DNA of 64,000 nucleotides from an uncultured Gammaproteobacteria bacterium (GTDB lineage: Bacteria; Pseudomonadota; Gammaproteobacteria; Magnimaribacterales; Magnimaribacteraceae): NCBI GenBank assembly GCA_913031395.1, contig CAJWDT010000004.1, forward strand, positions 790 to 64,789, given 5' to 3'. A model generated the notes under the pieces. The model did no database searches. It was not told the DNA's origin and saw only the letters and a program-made list of their open reading frames with translations. Positions 40,239 to 50,460 of this stretch are shown here, in pieces (position 1 is the stretch's first letter; each line of letters begins with the position of its first letter). The translations under genes were made by a program, and so were the position numbers.

Positions 40239-40856
40239 GTGGAAAGAAAGAAAAATTCAAATAAAGACATAGATCTTGCTTTGGTTCGAAGAGTCAAAGC
40301 TGGAGATTACCGTGCTTTTGACTTATTGGTGATTAAATATCAATCGAGGCTTGTTTCTACAGCCCTTAAATTTTCAAAAGATCTTCAAATAGCAGAAGAT
40401 ATTGTGCAAGATTCTTTTATAAAGGCATTTAAATCAATTAATTCTTTTAGAGAGGATAGTACTTTTTATACCTGGGTTTATAGGATTACAGTGAATACGG
40501 CTAAAAATTTTTTGGTCTCAAAAAAAAGAAAAGGTGAATTACTTGCAACAGATCTATCAGATGATGGATCTTTCGACATAGATTCATTAGAAACAGATAC
40601 TCCTGATGGAATACTTAAAGCAAATGAACTAAAAGAAATTTTGTTTGATAGTTTAAATGGGCTTGGCGAGGAAACTAAAACTGCATTAACTCTTCGAGAA
40701 TTCGAAGGATTAAGTTATGAACAAATTTCTGAAATAGTTAACTGCCCAGTAGGCACTGTTAGATCGAGAATTTTTCGAGGAAGAGAAGTTTTAGAAGAAA
40801 CGATTAAGAAATACAAGCAAGAGATTCATCCCAACAAAACACAAATGAAATCATGA
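40239..40856 (+). CDS. rpoE: ECF sigma factor RpoE/AlgU
   Basis: D-LVRRVKAGD-AFDLLVIKYQ, FYTWVYRI, LREFEGLSYE, CPVGTVRSRIFR; start placed at GTG 40239, after the sigmaE promoter. Confidence 0.93.
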   Translation: MERKKNSNKDIDLALVRRVKAGDYRAFDLLVIKYQSRLVSTALKFSKDLQIAEDIVQDSFIKAFKSINSFREDSTFYTWVYRITVNTAKNFLVSKKRKGELLATDLSDDGSFDIDSLETDTPDGILKANELKEILFDSLNGLGEETKTALTLREFEGLSYEQISEIVNCPVGTVRSRIFRGREVLEETIKKYKQEIHPNKTQMKS

Positions 40857-40870
40857 AAGGAAATGTAATT

Positions 40871-41539
40871 ATGAAAGAAAAGATATCTGCTTTGGCCGAT
40901 GGAGAACTTTCGGAGTTCGAAACAAGACGAGTACTTGAAGAAATTTCATCTAATCCTGAGTACAGAGAATTTTGGCGCAATATTCAATTGTCTAAAGAAA
41001 CTTTTAATGAAGATGATGTAATGATTAATACTAGGGATTTATCAGAATTTTTAAAGATAAAGTTAAACAAAACCAAACCAAAAGCAACGAAAGGTGAGTC
41101 TAAATCTCTCTATCTTCAGAAAAAGTACCTAGCAGCATCTTTTGTTGGCTTCTTTGCTGTAATGACCTACTCACTTTTTCCTCAACCAGAATTATCTTTT
41201 TATGATCAAGCATCGGAAAAACTACTTACAGCAATAGAGAGCCCTGAAGCCATCGAAGTTTTGAATGGAGCTGTATCTGGATTAAATGTTAAACTTCAGA
41301 ACTTAGAAAGTAATTCCAAAGGGACCTTGGCTAGCTATATATCCCATGATTCTGGACAAACTTTCAAAGTAAGTTTGTATCCTATTGAAGAAATAAATAA
41401 AATAGGGATCATAGAGGCATCAAAAATATCTTATATAAGATCTGAAGATGGTGTTTATGTGATTTCTATTAGCGGAGATTTAGCTCTAGAAAAGAAAAAT
41501 CAAATTCTTCAAAGAGCAAATTTTTTGCTCACTAAATAA
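40871..41539 (+). CDS. rseA: Anti-sigma factor RseA/MucA with atypical periplasmic domain
   Basis: EKISALADGEL N-terminus, single TM, position after rpoE; alternative start 40853. Confidence 0.8.
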   Translation: MKEKISALADGELSEFETRRVLEEISSNPEYREFWRNIQLSKETFNEDDVMINTRDLSEFLKIKLNKTKPKATKGESKSLYLQKKYLAASFVGFFAVMTYSLFPQPELSFYDQASEKLLTAIESPEAIEVLNGAVSGLNVKLQNLESNSKGTLASYISHDSGQTFKVSLYPIEEINKIGIIEASKISYIRSEDGVYVISISGDLALEKKNQILQRANFLLTK

Positions 41540-41546
41540 AAAATAT

Positions 41547-42935
41547 ATGACCAATTACAAAATCATTTTTGCACTTATCGTTATGTCCTTTTATGGATAT
41601 GCTCAATCTAGAGACCTCCCAAACTTTTCTGATTTAGCAGAAGAAGCCTCACCAGGAGTAGTAAATATAACAAGCTCCAAAACAGTAAATAATAGAAATT
41701 CTTATGGTAGAGGATTTGGAGATCCTAGATACGATGAATTCTTTGAAAGGTTTTTTGGTCAGCAACCTAGACCGTCCACACCCAGAGAAAATTCAAGACC
41801 AGTAGTATCTACAGGTTCCGGTTTCTTTATTTCAGATGATGGATTCTTGCTGACTAATAATCATGTAGTGGAAGATGCAGATGAGATTACAGTAAGTCTG
41901 GGAGACAGAAGAGAGTTTAAGGCTGAAGTTATAGGGACTGACGAGAGATCAGATGTTGCATTATTAAAAATTGATGCAGAAAACCTACCATTTCTTAAAA
42001 TAGGAAAATCTAAACAATTAAAGGTCGGTGAGTGGGTTGTGGCAATAGGGTCACCGTTTCAGTTGAGGTTCTCAGTTACCTCTGGAATTGTAAGTGCAAA
42101 AGGTAGAAGTATACCTAATGGCTCTGATTCTACTTATGTCCCTTTCATACAAACTGATGTTGCTATAAATCCTGGAAATTCAGGCGGTCCTCTATTCAAT
42201 TTAGAAGGAGAGGTTATAGGAATTAATTCTCAGATTTATACTAGATCTGGCGGTTATATGGGCGTATCGTTTGCAATACCTATAGATTACGCCATGGATG
42301 TGGCTGATCAATTAAAAGAAAATGGTTATGTAGCAAGAGGGTGGTTGGGAGTAAGCATCCAAGAAATTAATAGTCAGCTTGCTGAGGCTCTGGATATGGA
42401 TGTGCCAAAAGGAGCTTTAATCTCACAGATTATAGAGGGTAGCCCTGCTGAGAAATCAGGTTTAGAAGAAGAGGATGTCATATTATTCTTCGATGGAGAG
42501 GAGATTTTTTATTCATCAGATCTGCCCCTAACAGTCGGATCGATTAGGCCCGGATCTGAAGTCAATGCGATGGTACTTCGTGATGGTAAAAATAAAACGA
42601 TTCAAGTAACTGTCGGAGAACTTCCGAAAGATCCCTCAATAGCATTTAACGATACCAATAAGAATGCACTCGGCATAACAGTAGAAAACCAAAATGACGA
42701 AGATCAAAAGCCTTTTGTGAAAGGCGTGAGAGTTACATCGGTCGATCTAGAAGGGATAGCATATACTTCTGGAATAAGGCGTGGGGACGTCATTTATGCA
42801 CTTGCAAGGACAAGAATAAATAATGTGAGTGAATTTCGCGATGTTCTTTCTAAACTTGATATGGAAAGAAATACAACAATTGGTGTCTCTAGGAACGGAA
42901 ATAAGAGAATTCTCAGTCTAAATTTGTCAAAATAG
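41547..42935 (+). CDS. DegP/MucD family periplasmic serine protease with two PDZ domains
   Basis: GSGF, TNNHVV, SDVALLK, INPGNSGGPL; mucD position before lepA. Confidence 0.95.
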   Translation: MTNYKIIFALIVMSFYGYAQSRDLPNFSDLAEEASPGVVNITSSKTVNNRNSYGRGFGDPRYDEFFERFFGQQPRPSTPRENSRPVVSTGSGFFISDDGFLLTNNHVVEDADEITVSLGDRREFKAEVIGTDERSDVALLKIDAENLPFLKIGKSKQLKVGEWVVAIGSPFQLRFSVTSGIVSAKGRSIPNGSDSTYVPFIQTDVAINPGNSGGPLFNLEGEVIGINSQIYTRSGGYMGVSFAIPIDYAMDVADQLKENGYVARGWLGVSIQEINSQLAEALDMDVPKGALISQIIEGSPAEKSGLEEEDVILFFDGEEIFYSSDLPLTVGSIRPGSEVNAMVLRDGKNKTIQVTVGELPKDPSIAFNDTNKNALGITVENQNDEDQKPFVKGVRVTSVDLEGIAYTSGIRRGDVIYALARTRINNVSEFRDVLSKLDMERNTTIGVSRNGNKRILSLNLSK

Positions 42936-42969
42936 TAACTCTAGCTGATTTACAGCAGAGCTACACTTA

Positions 42970-44754
42970 ATGAAAATTAGAAATTTCTCCATAATTGCCC
43001 ATATTGATCATGGGAAATCCACTTTAGCAGATAGGATAATTGAACTTTGTGGAGGCTTATCTGATCGAGAAATGACCTCTCAGGTTTTAGATACTTTAGA
43101 ACTAGAGCAGGAAAGAGGAATTACCATCAAATCTCAAACAGTAAATCTTAAATATAAAGCTGATGACGGAGAGATATATCAGTTTAATCTTATAGATACT
43201 CCTGGTCATGTTGATTTTGCCTATGAAGTGTCTAGATCGTTATCTGCTTGTGAAGGTGCGATACTTCTTGTCGATGCTTCACAAGGAGTAGAGGCACAGA
43301 CTTTATCAACATGCTATAACGCTGTAGAAGAGGGACTTACGATAATCCCTGTTTTAAATAAAATAGATTTAGACCAGTCGGATCCTGAAAGAATAAAGAA
43401 AGAAATAGAAGAGATAATTGGTGTAGATGCTTCTGAAGCTCCTGCAATAAGTGCTAAGAATGGCACTGGAATAAAAGAGGTTTTAGAGCAGATTGTCCGT
43501 TTAGTACCACCACCTAACGTTGAAATTGATGAACCACTTCAAGCATCAATCATAGACTCATGGTTCGATAATTACTTAGGTGTTGTTTCCCTTGTAAGAG
43601 TAGTAAAAGGAAAAATTTCAAAGGGAGATAAAATTGAAATTTTTTCTAAGAAGGAAACACATACAGTAGATAAAATAGGAGTGTATACACCCAAGATTGA
43701 AGATCTCAATGAGCTAGACTCCGGTCAGGTGGGCTTCATATGTGCAAGTATTAAAGAAATACGAGGAGCACCTGTTGGAGATACTATAATTAAAGCGAAC
43801 TCAGGAACACCTAATCTAGAAGGTTTTCAAGAAGTTAATCCTCAGGTATATGCGGCATTGTTTCCTCAGAGCTCAGATGATTTTGAAGCCTTTAGAGAGG
43901 CTCTTGAGAAATTATGTTTAAACGATGCTTCTTTACAATATGAACCTGAACATTCAGAAGCACTGGGTGCAGGGTTTAGATGTGGTTTTTTAGGAACATT
44001 GCATATGGAGATAATTTCCGAAAGACTGAATAGGGAATATGGGATGGACCTCATTGCTACTGCTCCAACTGTAGCTTACGAGGTTATTTCTACGGATGAT
44101 AAAGTCAGGAGAGTAGAAAATCCAAGTGCTTTACCGGAAACTTCAAAAATCAAAACTATTTTAGAGCCTATAGCAAGAGCAAATATTCTAGTTCCAGATA
44201 CCTACATAGGGTCAGTGATGAAGCTTTGCAATGATAGGAGAGGTAAGCAAATAAATTTAAGATATGTGGGAGGTCAAGCTGAGCTAATTTATGATCTTCC
44301 TTTAAGTGAGATAGTTGTAGATTTTTTTGATCGTTTAAAATCAGTAAGCAGAGGTTATGCATCTCTAGATTATTCTTTAGATCGTTACGAAGAATCAGAT
44401 GTAATTAAATTAGATGTACTACTGAACGGAGATAAAGTTGATGCACTTGCTTATATGGCTCATCGCTCGGTCGCAAACACAAAAGGCATACAATTTACTG
44501 AGGCCCTCAAAGAAGTGATTCCTAGACAGCAGTTCGATGTAGCAATCCAAGCAGCAATTGGGGCTAAAATAATCTCAAGACAGACAGTCAAAGCTTATAG
44601 AAAAGATGTTACTGCCAAATTGTATGGTGGTGATGTCACAAGAAAAATGAAACTTCAGAAAAAGCAGAAAGCGGGTAAAAAAAGGATGAAGAATATAGGT
44701 AGAGTTGAAGTTCCACAAGATGCATTTCTATCAGTCTTAAAGGTCAAAGACTAG
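42970..44754 (+). CDS. lepA: Elongation factor 4
   Basis: [33 protein letters not shown]. Confidence 0.98.
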   Translation: MKIRNFSIIAHIDHGKSTLADRIIELCGGLSDREMTSQVLDTLELEQERGITIKSQTVNLKYKADDGEIYQFNLIDTPGHVDFAYEVSRSLSACEGAILLVDASQGVEAQTLSTCYNAVEEGLTIIPVLNKIDLDQSDPERIKKEIEEIIGVDASEAPAISAKNGTGIKEVLEQIVRLVPPPNVEIDEPLQASIIDSWFDNYLGVVSLVRVVKGKISKGDKIEIFSKKETHTVDKIGVYTPKIEDLNELDSGQVGFICASIKEIRGAPVGDTIIKANSGTPNLEGFQEVNPQVYAALFPQSSDDFEAFREALEKLCLNDASLQYEPEHSEALGAGFRCGFLGTLHMEIISERLNREYGMDLIATAPTVAYEVISTDDKVRRVENPSALPETSKIKTILEPIARANILVPDTYIGSVMKLCNDRRGKQINLRYVGGQAELIYDLPLSEIVVDFFDRLKSVSRGYASLDYSLDRYEESDVIKLDVLLNGDKVDALAYMAHRSVANTKGIQFTEALKEVIPRQQFDVAIQAAIGAKIISRQTVKAYRKDVTAKLYGGDVTRKMKLQKKQKAGKKRMKNIGRVEVPQDAFLSVLKVKD

Positions 44755-44759
44755 TTGCT

Positions 44760-45740
44760 ATGGATACCGGAATAGCCCTTGCATTACTAATCGAAATCGT
44801 AGGATACCTTCTCTGGATTAGATTTTCTAAGAGCGGACAATCAAGATATAAGGATATTGTAAGTGCAACAATGTTTATTGTGGCCTTATTGATACTTTAT
44901 CGTATTTTTACGCTCAATATAGACTTCGGGCTGGTATTGGCTATAGCGTCTCTTTTATCAGCAATTTCTTGGGCCATAGGAAAGTTCTTAAATCTTGATG
45001 AACTTAAAACTGAAAGTAGGTCTTATTTCTTTATTCTTATCATTATTACTTGTATAAGGTCTTTTGCTTACGAGCCTTATCAAATTCCATCTAGATCAAT
45101 GGTTCCAGGTCTTCAAATAGGCGATTTTGTTCTTGTTAACAAGCACGCTTACGGTTTTAAATTTCCTGGAACTAATTATCTGATCGGAAAATTTAATCCA
45201 CCAGAAAGAAACGATGTTGCGGTATTTATACCACCACATACTCTTTGTGAGGTTCAACCCACTGAAGCTAGACCAGACCTCGCAAACTTATCGGCCGCAG
45301 AAAGTCAGCTTTTCCTGAACCGCTTCTTAAGTCTTCAATCAAGTCGATGCGTACCTATGGGAATCAAGTATGTTAAGAGAATAATTGGAATCCCCGGCGA
45401 TACTGTTGTCATTAGAGGATATGAAATTTGGATTAATGGAAATAAATTAGATCAAAGAGAAATTTCATCTGATTCTCAACAAACTCTCCTCGAAGAGACA
45501 CTAGACGAAACAGTTCATATAGTAAGAACACTTGGTTTAAGTGAATATGAACAGTATGAATGGATTGTTCCGAAAGGAAGATATCTAGCAATTGGTGATA
45601 ACAGAGATAACAGTTTAGATAGCAGGGCTTGGGGTTATTTTTCAGAGGACTATCTCATTGGTAGAGCAGATTATATCTGGATGCAATGGAAATCCTTTTC
45701 TGAATTACCTTCTTTGGCAAGAAACCAAAAGATAAGATGA
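44760..45740 (+). CDS. lepB: Signal peptidase I
   Basis: IPSRSMVP (Ser), YVKRIIG (Lys), GDNRDNSLDSRAWG. Confidence 0.95.
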   Translation: MDTGIALALLIEIVGYLLWIRFSKSGQSRYKDIVSATMFIVALLILYRIFTLNIDFGLVLAIASLLSAISWAIGKFLNLDELKTESRSYFFILIIITCIRSFAYEPYQIPSRSMVPGLQIGDFVLVNKHAYGFKFPGTNYLIGKFNPPERNDVAVFIPPHTLCEVQPTEARPDLANLSAAESQLFLNRFLSLQSSRCVPMGIKYVKRIIGIPGDTVVIRGYEIWINGNKLDQREISSDSQQTLLEETLDETVHIVRTLGLSEYEQYEWIVPKGRYLAIGDNRDNSLDSRAWGYFSEDYLIGRADYIWMQWKSFSELPSLARNQKIR

Positions 45741-46390
45741 AGAATAGTGCTTACACAAATCTAGAATATTCATTTCAAGATGAAGAACTATTTCAATTAG
45801 CTTTAACTCATAAAAGCCTATCGTCTCATAATAATGAACGCTTAGAGTTTCTTGGAGATGCGATTTTAAATTTATATGTATCGGAAAGATTATTTAACAC
45901 TTATGGAAACCTCAAAGAAGGAAAATTAACTCGATTTAAGGCAAGCATAGTTAGTAGAGAAAATCTTCATAGAGTGGCAATAAATCTTGAACTTTCAAAT
46001 CATATCAAGTTGGGCAAAGGAGAGAGTTTGCAAGGTAACTCAATACTAGGTAATGTGCTAGAGGCTTTAATAGGTGCAATATTTTTAGATTCTGATTACT
46101 CTGAAACAAAGAATGTTTTGGATAATATTTTTAAAGATGATTTTCTAAAGTTAGTAGAAGAAGAGGAATTAAAAGATCCCAAATCAACATTGCAAGAATT
46201 AATACAGAAGCAATACCAATCACTTCCAATATACTCATTAAACGAACAAATATCAGATAAAAAAGAAAATCAGTTTGAAGTTACATGTTCTGTTGTCGAG
46301 GGAAATCTGGTAACTCAAGGTATAGGAAATACCAGGAAAGGAGCTGAATTAAATGCGGCAAGCAATATGCTTGAGCTTATTCAAAAGTAA
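45737..46390 (+). CDS. rnc: Ribonuclease III
   Basis: NERLEFLGDAIL, EALIGAIFLD, dsRBD. Confidence 0.96.
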   Translation: MKNSAYTNLEYSFQDEELFQLALTHKSLSSHNNERLEFLGDAILNLYVSERLFNTYGNLKEGKLTRFKASIVSRENLHRVAINLELSNHIKLGKGESLQGNSILGNVLEALIGAIFLDSDYSETKNVLDNIFKDDFLKLVEEEELKDPKSTLQELIQKQYQSLPIYSLNEQISDKKENQFEVTCSVVEGNLVTQGIGNTRKGAELNAASNMLELIQK

Positions 46391-47283
46391 TGAAACGATT
46401 AAAATCTGGTTACGTCTCAATTGTTGGTAAGACAAATGCAGGAAAATCAACCTTACTAAATAATATTCTTGGCCAAAAAATAGCCATTACATCTAGAAAG
46501 CCTCAAACAACAAGACATCGATTTCAAGGCATTAAAACAAATGGGCAAAATCAAATAATATTTGTGGACACGCCCGGATTTCATTCCGGACAAAAGAGGG
46601 CACTTAATCGATATATGAACAAGGTTGCCTCTAATGCTATGAGAGGAGTAGACATAGTCCTTTATATGGTTGATAACCTTCGCTGGAGTGAAGAAGATTT
46701 AAATAGACTTAAAACAATTTCTGATGAAACTTTTGTGATTTTAGTGATTAACAAAATAGATAAATTAGAGAATAAAAATCAACTCCTGCCCTATATTGAA
46801 GAGAGAAGTAAGGAAAATTTATTCAGCAATATAATTCCTATTTCAGCGCTTAAGGGTAATGGAGTTGAGGATTTAGTTAAATCTATAAGTGAAAAATTAC
46901 CATCAAGGGATCATTTGTACCCTGAAGATCAAGTAACTGATATTTCTGAAAAATTCTTAGCAAGTGAAGTAATCAGAGAAAAATGTATTACTAGGTTAGG
47001 TGATGAGCTTCCTTACAGAATAAGTGTGGGAATAGAAAATTTCTCAATAGCTAAAAAAGTTATCCATATTGATTCGATTATATATGTAGAAAAACAAAGC
47101 CAGAAAGGCATGCTTATAGGGCAATCAGGATCAAGATTGAAATCTATAGGAACAGCCTCAAGACTTGAGCTAGAGGATCTCTTGGATTCGAAAGTTATGT
47201 TGAAAATTTGGGTGAAGGTTAAGAACGGCTGGTCAGATAACGAATCAGTACTACCTTCAATGGGTTATGACATCAGTAAATAA
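46390..47283 (+). CDS. era: GTPase Era
   Basis: GKTNAGKST, KPQTTR, DTPG, NKID, KH domain. Confidence 0.96.
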   Translation: MKRLKSGYVSIVGKTNAGKSTLLNNILGQKIAITSRKPQTTRHRFQGIKTNGQNQIIFVDTPGFHSGQKRALNRYMNKVASNAMRGVDIVLYMVDNLRWSEEDLNRLKTISDETFVILVINKIDKLENKNQLLPYIEERSKENLFSNIIPISALKGNGVEDLVKSISEKLPSRDHLYPEDQVTDISEKFLASEVIREKCITRLGDELPYRISVGIENFSIAKKVIHIDSIIYVEKQSQKGMLIGQSGSRLKSIGTASRLELEDLLDSKVMLKIWVKVKNGWSDNESVLPSMGYDISK

Positions 47284-47992
47284 AATTCTTTTGGAGCCTG
47301 CTTTTGTTTTACACACCAGGCCCTATCAAGAAACAAGCCTTATTGTTGAATTTTTCACACAATCCTTTGGAAGAATCAATGCCGTTGCTAAGGGTGCCAA
47401 AAGGCCAAAAAGCCCTTTACGCAGTATTCTTACTCCAGTTTCAAGATTATCAGTATCCCTCTCTGGAAAGAGTGAGTTAAAGAATCTTTCTTCTGCTGAG
47501 ATATTAGATCATTACCCTCTCTCAGATGGAGCATCTTTAAATTCCATAATTTATATCAATGAACTTATTGCTAAAGCCACTGAGAAAGAGGATCCTCACG
47601 AAATTATATTTCTTAAGTACCAAAATTTTTTGGAGAATATTTCAAAAAATAATAATCTTGATAATCTTGAATTACTCCTAAGAGACTTTGAAATGACTTT
47701 ATTACAAGAAATGGGCTATGGCATAGACTTAACCCGGGATGCTGAAACAAATAACAAACTCAAAGAAGATACCAATTATAGATTTGATCCAAATATAGGC
47801 TTCACCTTCATCACTGCGGGTAACAGACCTAAGATTTCTTTTTTAGGTAAGGATATTATTGATTTTTCCGAAGGCAAATTTGAAAAAAAATCTGTTAGGG
47901 CCGCCTCTAAGATTATAATGAGAACTGCTTTAGATTATCATCTAGGTAATAAATCTCTTAATATTAGAAAATACTTAACAAAGAATAATTAA
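47267..47992 (+). CDS. recO: DNA repair protein RecO
   Basis: AFVLHTRPYQETS, synteny after era. Confidence 0.93.
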   Translation: MTSVNKILLEPAFVLHTRPYQETSLIVEFFTQSFGRINAVAKGAKRPKSPLRSILTPVSRLSVSLSGKSELKNLSSAEILDHYPLSDGASLNSIIYINELIAKATEKEDPHEIIFLKYQNFLENISKNNNLDNLELLLRDFEMTLLQEMGYGIDLTRDAETNNKLKEDTNYRFDPNIGFTFITAGNRPKISFLGKDIIDFSEGKFEKKSVRAASKIIMRTALDYHLGNKSLNIRKYLTKNN

Positions 47993-47993
47993 C

Positions 47994-48377
47994 ATGATTA
48001 AAGGTATAGGAATAGATTCTGTAGAAAAAGACAGGGTTTCGAAAATCTTTTCTAAGTACGGAGAAAGATTTCAAAATAAAATTTTAAGCTCTAATGAGAA
48101 AAAAGAAATTATTATGAAATTAAGTAAATTGTCTAAGATTAGATACCTATCTAATAACTTTGCGGGAAAAGAGGCTTTATCTAAAGTTTTGGGACTAGGA
48201 TTTTCTGAAGGTGTTTCCTTAAAGGAGATAGAAATTTTAAGAAACCCTAAAGGAAAGCCTTACATCAATCTGCTTGGCAAGACAAAAATCATAGCAAAAG
48301 ATTTAGATATAAAAAATTTAGAAGTTACCATCACAGATACAAAAAACATTTCAACAGCATTCGTCATAGGAGAATAA
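47994..48377 (+). CDS. acpS: Holo-ACP synthase
   Basis: IKGIGID, FAGKEA-SK-LG-G, GKP. Confidence 0.92.
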   Translation: MIKGIGIDSVEKDRVSKIFSKYGERFQNKILSSNEKKEIIMKLSKLSKIRYLSNNFAGKEALSKVLGLGFSEGVSLKEIEILRNPKGKPYINLLGKTKIIAKDLDIKNLEVTITDTKNISTAFVIGE

Positions 48378-48379
48378 AA

Positions 48380-49027
48380 ATGAAAATTATACTTTTAGGT
48401 CCTCCTGGGGCTGGTAAAGGAACTCAAGCTGAATCGATTTGTCAAAGATATGATATTCCTCATATCTCAACAGGTAATATGCTGAGAGAGGCCATAGATG
48501 CTGGCACCAAACTTGGTTTAGAGGCAAAATCTTTAATGGATGCTGGAATATTAGTATCCGATGAAGTTATCGTAGGATTGGTAGAAGAAAGGATTTCTTC
48601 TCCCGATTGTTCGATGGGTTTTCTGTTTGATGGTTTCCCAAGAACAATACCACAGGCTGAAGCTTTAGTTCAAAGAGGTATAGCGATAGATGCTGTAGTT
48701 GAGATTGATGTACCTGATGATGATATTATTAACAGGATGTCTGGAAGAAGAATGCACCCCGCTTCTGGAAGAAACTATCATATTATTTTTAATCCTCCAA
48801 AAGTTGAAGGTAAGGATGATACAACTGGAGAAGACCTCATTCAAAGGGAAGACGATAAACCTGATACAGTTAGAGATAGGTTAAAAGTATATCAAGATCA
48901 AACCTCACCATTAATAGAATTTTATTCCTCTCTATCTTCTTCTGGGCCACTTAATTATATAAAAGTTTCAGGAACATCCACTCCTAAAGAGGTATCAGAA
49001 AATATCTTTCAACAATTAATAAGTTAA
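48380..49027 (+). CDS. adk: Adenylate kinase
   Basis: [21 protein letters not shown]. Confidence 0.97.
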   Translation: MKIILLGPPGAGKGTQAESICQRYDIPHISTGNMLREAIDAGTKLGLEAKSLMDAGILVSDEVIVGLVEERISSPDCSMGFLFDGFPRTIPQAEALVQRGIAIDAVVEIDVPDDDIINRMSGRRMHPASGRNYHIIFNPPKVEGKDDTTGEDLIQREDDKPDTVRDRLKVYQDQTSPLIEFYSSLSSSGPLNYIKVSGTSTPKEVSENIFQQLIS

Positions 49028-49681
49028 TTGACCAATATTCTCGCCATAGAAACCTCTACTGATAATTGTTCAGTTGCAGTTTCTAATGGAGAAAAAATTT
49101 ATAATTTTCACGAGTCTCTTCCAAAACAACATACCGAAAAACTTTTCGGAATTATTCATGATATTCTTGAAGAGGGGGAGCTGTCCTTTAAAGATCTTGA
49201 TGCTGTGGCAGTAGGTATAGGTCCTGGATCTTATACCGGTATCAGACTTTCATGTGCTGTTTCACAAGGTATAGCCTATGCTAATGGTCTGAAAGGTTTG
49301 GCTATCCCTAGTCTTGAATTATTGGCTTTAGAAACTCATAAAAAAACATCATCAGAGTTGGTAGTTTCTATCATTGAGGCTTCCTCGGATAAAATTTATT
49401 TGGGCGAGTCTTCATTTAGTGAAGGAAATATTGAATCTAAATTTTCATTGCTTTATAAAGATTTATTTTCTGTTAAAAATTATCCATCGAGTACATCCTT
49501 TGTAGGACAGGGCTGCGGCCACTTTTTAGGTATAGAAAATGAACTTTTAGAAGAATTTCCCAAAGCATCATCTTTAATAGAAATAACTAAAATGAGAAAA
49601 AAATTTGATGCCCTTCAAGATCCTGAAACATTTTTGCCCATTTACCTGACAGATGAAGATAGCTGGCAGAAGTTAAAGTGA
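49028..49681 (+). CDS. tsaB: tRNA t6A biosynthesis protein TsaB
   Basis: ILAIETSTDNCSVA, GPGSYTGIR, PIYL. Confidence 0.93.
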   Translation: MTNILAIETSTDNCSVAVSNGEKIYNFHESLPKQHTEKLFGIIHDILEEGELSFKDLDAVAVGIGPGSYTGIRLSCAVSQGIAYANGLKGLAIPSLELLALETHKKTSSELVVSIIEASSDKIYLGESSFSEGNIESKFSLLYKDLFSVKNYPSSTSFVGQGCGHFLGIENELLEEFPKASSLIEITKMRKKFDALQDPETFLPIYLTDEDSWQKLK

Positions 49682-50460
49682 ATTATATAGAGGCAGTTTT
49701 ACTCGCAATCGTCCAAGGCCTAACTGAGTTCTTGCCTGTATCCAGTTCGGCTCATTTAATCCTGCTTTCTGATTATTTGGGGTCTAATCAAAACCTTTTT
49801 TATGATGTTTCACTTCATTTAGGAACTCTATTGGCAGTTTGTTTTTATTTTAGACAAGACTTGATTTCTATTGTGACCTCAATTGTTGAGGATAAATCAT
49901 TATTTAAAAATCAGTTATCTAAAAATTTAATCATTGCTTCTATTCCTACATTATTACTAGGATTCATTCTTATAGACTTTATAGATCTTTATTTGAGAAC
50001 TAGTGAAGTTATTGCTATCACCACCATAATATTTGGTCTTGTCTTATTTTTTGCAACATTAAAACCTTCTGCAAAAAAAGATTTAGACGATATCTCTTCT
50101 TTTGATGCCTTAATCATAGGTCTGTCGCAAGTATTTGCACTTATTCCCGGTACATCTAGGTCGGGTGTTACTATCTCAGCTGGTCTTTTTCTAGGTTTGG
50201 ATAATAAGACTGCATCCAAATTTAGTTTTTTACTGGCCATACCTACTATTGGAGCAATTGCAGCCTATCAGCTTGTAACGGTAGATGTTGAATATCTTAT
50301 TGAATACGCTCAATTTAATCTTCTAGGTATTACGATTTCTTTCTTGATTGCTTACGGAACTATTGAATTCTTCATTAAATTTATTAATAAGATAGGTTTT
50401 ATGCCTTTCATTATTTATAGAATAATTCTTGGTTTGATTCTGATTTATTTTTTATTCTGA
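49678..50460 (+). CDS. uppP: Undecaprenyl-diphosphate phosphatase
   Basis: QGLTEFLPVSSSAHL, PGTSRSG. Confidence 0.96.
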   Translation: MNYIEAVLLAIVQGLTEFLPVSSSAHLILLSDYLGSNQNLFYDVSLHLGTLLAVCFYFRQDLISIVTSIVEDKSLFKNQLSKNLIIASIPTLLLGFILIDFIDLYLRTSEVIAITTIIFGLVLFFATLKPSAKKDLDDISSFDALIIGLSQVFALIPGTSRSGVTISAGLFLGLDNKTASKFSFLLAIPTIGAIAAYQLVTVDVEYLIEYAQFNLLGITISFLIAYGTIEFFIKFINKIGFMPFIIYRIILGLILIYFLF

